Shown here: one piece after another, positions 7,751-13,588 of the stretch
Layout: each line of letters opens with the position of its first letter
How positions within the stretch are numbered: the stretch's first letter is position 1
NCBI GenBank assembly: GCA_045105515.1
Contig: JBGCDR010000423.1
Location: 1-13,588 of the forward strand
From: Oligoflexales bacterium
GTDB taxonomy: Bacteria > Bdellovibrionota_B > Oligoflexia > Oligoflexales > Bog-1112
Direction: 5' to 3'
DNA: 13,588 bases
Position numbers and translations under genes: made by a program
Notes under the pieces: model-generated
Seen by the model: only the letters and a program-made list of their open reading frames with translations
What the model was told of the DNA's origin: nothing
Database searches by the model: none

Positions 7751-10651
7751 ATGAAGCACCAGAATGTTTTGTTGTTGATCTTGTGCACTCTTATATCTCA
7801 TTGTGCTCAAAACAGACCTGTTGAAAAAGTTAAAGATATAAATGAGCAACGTCATACTAAGAGCGACCTGTTGATTAGTGATCCATGGTTAATGCGCGTT
7901 ACAGTTACAAAAACAAGTGCAATGCCAACCTTGGCCTTTGTAGGTCAGCAAAACAAGGAACGGGCTGGTTTTTTTAACTTTACCAAAGATCATCTTGAGT
8001 TCAAGACTTCGATAGGACCCGAGCAAAATACTGATCACGTAGCAACGGTTTTGAATCGGTGGCCCATCACACATTCCGACTATACACTTCAAGAAGTCGG
8101 AGGGAAAAAAACTAATATTGAAGTAGAAAATAATGAACTGAGCTGGGATGAAAAAAACTTTTTTAAGATCAATTGGTCAGCGTCTAGCATATCAGATTCG
8201 ATAAGTTTTTTTGGAATAAATGAAAATTCATGTTGGACAAATAAAGGTTCATACCTAGTTGATAACTCAGTTGAAGTGAGTACAGAATATATTGGTTTCA
8301 CTTTAGCTAGCGACTATGAACTAAACCTAAATTGTGTTGATGGGTCACGCTACTACGATGGCAATTTAACGCAAACCGTACACTTCACTTATAGTTATAT
8401 ACCATTGAAGAATACTACTTACTCTCCTTACTTATATACCGGTGAAGATGATCCTTTGATGAAAAAATACGGATTTTTTAAGTCTGTTACCTGGAATTAT
8501 GATGAGTTTAACGTAAGAAATAATCAATTTCTTATGAACCGATGGGATCCAGAAAAAACTCACGACTATTATTTTAGTGAAGATTTTCCGGAAAAATACA
8601 AATGGATATTTAATGATCCTGAGAAGGGAATATTCCCTTTGACCAACAAGCTATTCGCTGACAATGGACTTAAAATTCGATTTAATATCAACGAAAATGA
8701 TGGCAGCAAAAAGTTTGGGGATAGTCGCTATTCTTTTGTGCATATCATAGAGGATAAAGAAGCTTCGGGTCCATTAGGTTATGGACCAACTACGACAAAT
8801 CCCCGTACAGGTGAAATTATTGGCGGTAACTTACTTGTATGGACTTCGGATCTTGAATGGTATATCAAGGCCTCTAGAACACAGCTTGAACAAGCAAAAA
8901 AACTACAAAGTGAATCTCCAATATTTCAAAAAATGAAACTCTATTTAGGCGATGATTTATCTACTTGGACATCTACTTCCGTAAATCTTAGTCGAGATGG
9001 TCAGGTTGGTAGTTATTTTGATCTCTTTTTACCAGATTATACTTATCATCCACCGGGAAGTGTTTTTGCCTCAAGTTATCGATCCGTAGATCAAAATCTA
9101 GCATCGCAAAAGCCTCTGGTACGTTCTTACGATGAATTATTATCATTTATACCTAAAACTCATTCGGATTTGCAGTCCAGTCTGCTCAAAAATCATGACC
9201 AATTATTTGAAGAACTGTATGCCTCAGCAAATCCTGCTAACTTTCTTCCCCATAATTCAACTATCTTTGAGATGGATGCGGCGTTTCAATCTGCAAGAAA
9301 TATGATATTGGATGGCCTTAACGATGATGAAATCAAGAATAGAATTGTCTATAGGACAGCAATTCATGAGTTTGGGCATCAGCTGTCATTAAGGCATAAT
9401 TTCTATGGCTCTGTTGATGTAAAGAATTTCAGAGATAATATTGAAGAAGAAGGAACAAGCTACCCACAAACAAGCTCTTCGGTCATGGACTATGGGCAAT
9501 TTGCTGATGGTATTAAGTTTTACTATGGTTTTGAACCTTATGATGAAGCAGCTATAGTTTATGCTTATAGCAATGGTAGCAAAGATTTATCGATAGATCG
9601 TAATACAAACTACCTATATTGCACTGACGAACATGCGTTTTTAAATCCATTATGTAATCGTTTTGATCGTGGCTCGACTCCGTCAGAAATTGTGTTGAGC
9701 ATTATTGAAGATTATGACAATAACTACCCTATTCGTAATCTTAGGTATGACCGTTCTTATTGGCGAACATATAGTTATAGTAGCCAGGTATTTTCATTGA
9801 TGTATAACTTAAAGAGTTTTGTGAAATTTGAAGAGGAAGCATATAATAAAAGTGATTTAGATATAAAAATCGCAGAAATTCAGGAGGTTTCTGGGAATCA
9901 AGTTACTGCTATTTCTTCACTTATAAAGCAAGATATTAGACGGGGAATGCTTATTTCAGCTGCTTTCTATAGTTCGATTTTACAGCAAGGTGTCAATGAA
10001 CGTTCTTATTTAGATCGGTATAATACCTTCAATGGCTCTTTAGAAGTTCGTGGAATACTAGAAGATAAATTTTTTGCAGCAAGATTTCTATTGGGCGATG
10101 ATGGTTTTTCTCTAAATCCAAATAGAGGAGTCCTACCTACTTCCTTTTTGACTTATCAATCGGATCCGGTCATTGGCAGCACATTAGCAAGCATCATCGA
10201 TGAACGGATGCGTGACCCAGGGCCAATTTATAATGGATTTGATTCAATTTTTAGAACTTTTTATGCATTGAACGCCGCTTATTGGCGGGATAATGGTGGT
10301 ACAGGATCTTCCCTTAGTCGTCTGCGAGTTGACTGTTTTACCCCAGAATCCTTTGCAAGCAAATTCAATATAGACAACATTTACAGCTTTTCCCAAAATG
10401 GGGAAGCAGCGCATTCAATTGTTTTAGAAAATATTGACCTCTCACGTCTCGATGAAAATGCAGATGACTACTTTCGCTCCGGCAGTACCGAAGCTGCTAT
10501 TATTAAATTAAATGGCAATTTTTATGCTGCATCTAAAGAGTTAAATCCCTTTTCTTATGATCTCATTCAGAAGCAAGATGCCAGTGAAATTTTACAGTTA
10601 TACCTTATGTACCATCAACTGACTGAAGGCCATATTCCTGAATGCAGGTAA
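7751..10651 (+). CDS. Zinc-dependent metalloprotease lipoprotein (metzincin; EcxA/DUF4953-like), 966 aa
   Basis: Lipobox-like LISH-C. GDSRYS, LGYGP-x3-NPRTGEII, HEFGHQLSLRHNF (HExxHxxxxxH at 9365-9397), Met-turn SSVMDY, PYD-x2-AI-x-YAY and YCTD...CNRFD-x-G. RBS AAGGAG upstream. Confidence 0.88.
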   Translation: MKHQNVLLLILCTLISHCAQNRPVEKVKDINEQRHTKSDLLISDPWLMRVTVTKTSAMPTLAFVGQQNKERAGFFNFTKDHLEFKTSIGPEQNTDHVATVLNRWPITHSDYTLQEVGGKKTNIEVENNELSWDEKNFFKINWSASSISDSISFFGINENSCWTNKGSYLVDNSVEVSTEYIGFTLASDYELNLNCVDGSRYYDGNLTQTVHFTYSYIPLKNTTYSPYLYTGEDDPLMKKYGFFKSVTWNYDEFNVRNNQFLMNRWDPEKTHDYYFSEDFPEKYKWIFNDPEKGIFPLTNKLFADNGLKIRFNINENDGSKKFGDSRYSFVHIIEDKEASGPLGYGPTTTNPRTGEIIGGNLLVWTSDLEWYIKASRTQLEQAKKLQSESPIFQKMKLYLGDDLSTWTSTSVNLSRDGQVGSYFDLFLPDYTYHPPGSVFASSYRSVDQNLASQKPLVRSYDELLSFIPKTHSDLQSSLLKNHDQLFEELYASANPANFLPHNSTIFEMDAAFQSARNMILDGLNDDEIKNRIVYRTAIHEFGHQLSLRHNFYGSVDVKNFRDNIEEEGTSYPQTSSSVMDYGQFADGIKFYYGFEPYDEAAIVYAYSNGSKDLSIDRNTNYLYCTDEHAFLNPLCNRFDRGSTPSEIVLSIIEDYDNNYPIRNLRYDRSYWRTYSYSSQVFSLMYNLKSFVKFEEEAYNKSDLDIKIAEIQEVSGNQVTAISSLIKQDIRRGMLISAAFYSSILQQGVNERSYLDRYNTFNGSLEVRGILEDKFFAARFLLGDDGFSLNPNRGVLPTSFLTYQSDPVIGSTLASIIDERMRDPGPIYNGFDSIFRTFYALNAAYWRDNGGTGSSLSRLRVDCFTPESFASKFNIDNIYSFSQNGEAAHSIVLENIDLSRLDENADDYFRSGSTEAAIIKLNGNFYAASKELNPFSYDLIQKQDASEILQLYLMYHQLTEGHIPECR

Positions 10652-10661
10652 GGAAGGAAGT

Positions 10662-11678
10662 ATGTATTTGCTTGAGGGACTAAGGTTGCTTCTAATCATA
10701 TGTATTTTAGATCTGTCTCTAGTTTATGCTAGCGAAGCCATTACAGAGCCCTCAAATGAGGCAACCACTACAGACGAAATTCCTAAAAAAGAGTCTTTGG
10801 AATTCGAAAAAGTATCTGAACCTACTTTAATTGAACAGTCGCTCGATATACCAGAAAAAGAAGAAAGAAACAAAATTTCAGATGAAAATATAACGAAAAA
10901 AGAAGCTAATAAGACTCTACGGCAAAAGAAATTGAGCTTCACTGGGGGAGGGCAGTTCACCCATTTTTTTTCTAATTTAGTTGATCCTTCTTTTAGTTTC
11001 AATCTTAACCTGGGTTATGCCAAAAATAAAAAGGTGCAAATGGGTTTATCCCAGAGTATTAGTAAACTTTTGGTCAAAAACAAAGATCAGGACGAAGTAG
11101 TGCTCCAAGATACGATTTTGAATTACACTTATAAACCTGCACCAACTTTTTTTAATGGTGGCCATGCTAGTATTGGGGGTTCTTTAAAACTTCCTCTTTC
11201 TCAATATTCTCGAATGAATGGTATTTGGACAAGTGTCAGTTTAGGCACTAGCTTAACATGGTTTTATTTAGATAGAGAAATTAGTAATTCTCTTGGGGCT
11301 TCTGGATCATTTTATCTAAATCAATATAAAACAAAACATACTGAATTTGGAGGGAGTGCTTTACCTTATATGATCGGTAGCTTATCTTGGTCTATTTCTT
11401 ACAGTGGACAAAAAGATTTTGTCTATGGTTTGAGCGCAAGCTATGGAGAAATTCGCTACCATAATATTAACAATGAAAATTTTTTAGCAGATAGTTCTTT
11501 TGATCATCCTTATAGTGTGGGTCTTTCTATGAGTTATCTTGTAATGGAGGGCATGAGAGCTGGGGCAAGCTATGGTCAATCCAACATATTTGAGCAATAT
11601 GGTAAGCTTGACTATTATGTTTTTGATCAAGAAGCCAGCAATATGAGTCTTTTTATGAGCTATACAAAGTCTCTATGA
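10662..11678 (+). CDS. Probable outer-membrane beta-barrel protein (~12 strands)
   Basis: Signal peptide ending VYA-S, then a charged disordered stretch, then about 12 amphipathic Gly/Ser/aromatic-rich strands (e.g. FSFNLNLGY, SVSLGTSLTW, YSVGLSMSY, terminal MSLFMSYTKSL). Starts 10 nt after the protease stop with RBS AAGGAAGG. Confidence 0.72.
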   Translation: MYLLEGLRLLLIICILDLSLVYASEAITEPSNEATTTDEIPKKESLEFEKVSEPTLIEQSLDIPEKEERNKISDENITKKEANKTLRQKKLSFTGGGQFTHFFSNLVDPSFSFNLNLGYAKNKKVQMGLSQSISKLLVKNKDQDEVVLQDTILNYTYKPAPTFFNGGHASIGGSLKLPLSQYSRMNGIWTSVSLGTSLTWFYLDREISNSLGASGSFYLNQYKTKHTEFGGSALPYMIGSLSWSISYSGQKDFVYGLSASYGEIRYHNINNENFLADSSFDHPYSVGLSMSYLVMEGMRAGASYGQSNIFEQYGKLDYYVFDQEASNMSLFMSYTKSL

Positions 11679-11687
11679 TAGCTACTT

Positions 11688-13202
11688 TTATAAGCCACCT
11701 GCTTTCATTATAAACCTTGGCATCAAAGGGTTTAGATATTTGCGGTTTGGCTTTGCCACAAAGTAGTATTTTTTTTGAAAACTGACTAAATCTTCTTCAA
11801 CTTGTTGTCTTTTTCCTTTAAAAGTACAGGCTACTGCTTTGATTCCTGCAAGAAAAGCCATACGCAGGATGTTTTTACCCTTTTTAGCTAAGACTTTCTC
11901 GTTTATATTGTCAAATACAGGATCAAAGCTACATGAAATCAAACTTGGAAGTTCACTAGAACCATTTTTTAACGAGCTGTTTAAATTGGTTTGCACCTTT
12001 TGAAGTGAACTGCGGTTAGCATCAACAAATGGAAATGAAATGACAGCAAATACTTCTTTAGGTTCAAGTATTGGTGGGGTTATTACTTCGGCATATATCT
12101 TCGTATCTTCTTCAGGTGCGTAGAATCCAATTGGAGTTTGCTGATAGTAAAATGCTTTTTTAGCCTGATAGCCATATAGATCAGCAAAAGCAACTTCTAC
12201 ATTTCCTTCCCCAGGTCTTGCGGCGACTTCAACAAAATAAAGTTGTCCATCCTTCTTCGCATGTATTCCTTCGAGGTGATAAGAGCCTGAATGCATTCCC
12301 AGTGCTTTTAGTATTTTGTTAGTGAAGTCCAAACTAGTCTCGTAGCTAATCTGATCTTCATCAATTGTAGTTGTAATTCTAGGCTTAGCACTTTGGTAGT
12401 GTTCCAAAGGTGAGGTGCGATGATAAGCGCGAACGTGGTTTGTGATTTTGTCATTGCTAACGGTACCATTAAAGCGAAATGAAGTGCCGACAATGAATTT
12501 TTCTATGAGATAATTATCGGGATCTTTTATTTTCTTAACTGCATCTTTTAATTCATCATGATTTTTAACAACTGTAATACCAACTGCGCCAGCAGAACGC
12601 TTTTTCTTGATGATTGCGGCATTTTCTGGGAAGTTAATCTCCTCTAGAAATTTATTTAGTTCTTCTTTGGTGGAACTGAAATCGATAAATTCTGAGGTCT
12701 TAACTTGCGGGTCATTTTTTATTAAAATATTTTTCATCACATACTTATCATAAAAAGCTTCTTTATGTTCGATACTCCATTTTTCTGATCCAACCTTTAG
12801 ATCTAGGAATTCACGAATATGCTGAGCAGTTAATGTAGCTCGGTCTGCATTAACTGAGAATACCAAATCTATCTTCCCACGCTTATCTTGGATTTTTTTG
12901 ACCATATCAATGATATACCGATTATTTCCGATTTTATCACCGATGAAATGAGCTTTTAATTTGATCAATTTACCATCTGGTTTGACAACTCTTTCAAAAT
13001 TATTGATGCAGACTGTAGGTGAAAATAAGTATTCCAACGCAGGATGTCCAGAAGTAATCAGATCAACATTGACCTCTCTTCCTTTTAACAGATCAAAGTC
13101 GTTTGGTAAGAAGCATCCATCGATAGATATAATGTTAATTGGATTCGCAAGTGCAGATAATGCAAACGTAGACATTACTACAATAAAAAATTTTTTAAAC
13201 AC
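11688..13202 (-). CDS. ATP-grasp ligase (L-amino-acid-ligase-like) with N-terminal signal peptide, 504 aa
   Basis: DKYVMK, IIKKKRSAGAVGITVV, YLIEKFIVG, YHLEG and YFVEVAARPG in ATP-grasp order. GTG start with AGGAGGT RBS. Leader MFKKFFIVVMSTFALSALA-N. Confidence 0.82.
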   Translation of the reverse strand: MFKKFFIVVMSTFALSALANPINIISIDGCFLPNDFDLLKGREVNVDLITSGHPALEYLFSPTVCINNFERVVKPDGKLIKLKAHFIGDKIGNNRYIIDMVKKIQDKRGKIDLVFSVNADRATLTAQHIREFLDLKVGSEKWSIEHKEAFYDKYVMKNILIKNDPQVKTSEFIDFSSTKEELNKFLEEINFPENAAIIKKKRSAGAVGITVVKNHDELKDAVKKIKDPDNYLIEKFIVGTSFRFNGTVSNDKITNHVRAYHRTSPLEHYQSAKPRITTTIDEDQISYETSLDFTNKILKALGMHSGSYHLEGIHAKKDGQLYFVEVAARPGEGNVEVAFADLYGYQAKKAFYYQQTPIGFYAPEEDTKIYAEVITPPILEPKEVFAVISFPFVDANRSSLQKVQTNLNSSLKNGSSELPSLISCSFDPVFDNINEKVLAKKGKNILRMAFLAGIKAVACTFKGKRQQVEEDLVSFQKKYYFVAKPNRKYLNPLMPRFIMKAGGL

Positions 13203-13256
13203 CTCTACCTCCTGAAAAAGTTCTAAACTTTTTTATACGGGGATTTTAATTAAATG

Positions 13257-13284
13257 ATTATGCCAGTTTAAACAAGTTAGGCAA
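13257..13284 (-). promoter_or_regulatory. Putative sigma70-type promoter for the ATP-grasp gene
   Basis: Minus strand TTGCCT-n16-CATAAT with TG at the extended -10 position, about 55 nt upstream of the GTG. Confidence 0.45.
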
Positions 13285-13553
13285 TAATATGGTGTAAAAT
13301 TTTTTAATGTTTAATAATCATTTGTAAAATCCAAACAAAATAAGAACAAGTTTATCACTTTGCTCACCCCGACTATAATGGAGAGATCTAATCATAATTG
13401 CCAGATATCCAGGGCTGATTCAAATAAGATTTTTTCCAATTTTTCATTAAATAGAGTTGTCTAATTTTTTAACCGGCTAATATTATTATTTTATATGATT
13501 ATTATGTAAATATTGATAAGCTGATCCCAAACGTAATTCTGGGAGGGCTTGAT

Positions 13554-13588
13554 ATGTTTATTTTCATGTTACCGGAAAGACAAGTGAA
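13554..13588 (+). CDS. Possible 5' end of a divergent gene running off the window (MFIFMLPERQV...)
   Basis: GGGAGG at 13541-13546, ATG at 13554 and an open frame to the window edge. Too short to confirm. Confidence 0.35.
   Translation, partial: MFIFMLPERQV

Noticed and set aside
7889..8301. Two short minus-strand ORFs, one with a Cys-rich tail (CTCFCNC)
   Set aside because: Antisense to the metalloprotease; the Cys codons mirror ACA/GCA codons, and no RiPP machinery is nearby.
11688..13202. ATP-grasp gene as part of a graspetide/RiPP or dipeptide antibiotic cluster
   Set aside because: No precursor peptide, transporter or tailoring gene in the window, and the motifs are not RimK/MvdD-like. 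Genes beyond the right edge cannot be excluded.
10724..13215. ORFs at 10724, 12308 and 12961
   Set aside because: Shadow or alternate-frame ORFs within the barrel and ATP-grasp genes.
13285..13553. AT-rich intergenic DNA as riboswitch or ncRNA
   Set aside because: No recognisable consensus or stable multi-stem structure by eye; an Rfam cmscan would be decisive.
1..13588. CRISPR array, IS element, prophage, tRNA/rRNA or defence system
   Set aside because: No regularly spaced DNA repeats, transposase/integrase motifs, structural RNA signatures or nuclease/NTPase defence domains were seen.

Overview
AT-rich bacterial window with seven credible genes, all of which start with a predicted export signal. 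In order: (-) a compact Tat-exported PhoX-type alkaline phosphatase with an extended -10 promoter and 11-bp-periodic Pho-box-like repeats; (-) a 1053-aa secreted protein with two PA14 sugar-binding domains, a poly-Pro hinge and a large unassigned domain carrying one CxxCH heme-c motif; (-) a secreted eukaryote-like cyclophilin; (+) a tight three-gene operon encoding a lipoprotein made of three ~165-aa repeats, a 966-aa metzincin-type metalloprotease lipoprotein and a probable 12-stranded outer-membrane beta-barrel; (-) an L-amino-acid-ligase-like ATP-grasp enzyme that unexpectedly has a Sec signal peptide. No rRNA, tRNA, CRISPR or mobile element was seen. The gene content is suggestive of a diderm such as Bdellovibrionota/Oligoflexia, but this is inference only. 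The best candidates for undescribed biology are the exported ATP-grasp ligase, the PA14-heme c protein and the lipoprotein/protease/barrel operon.
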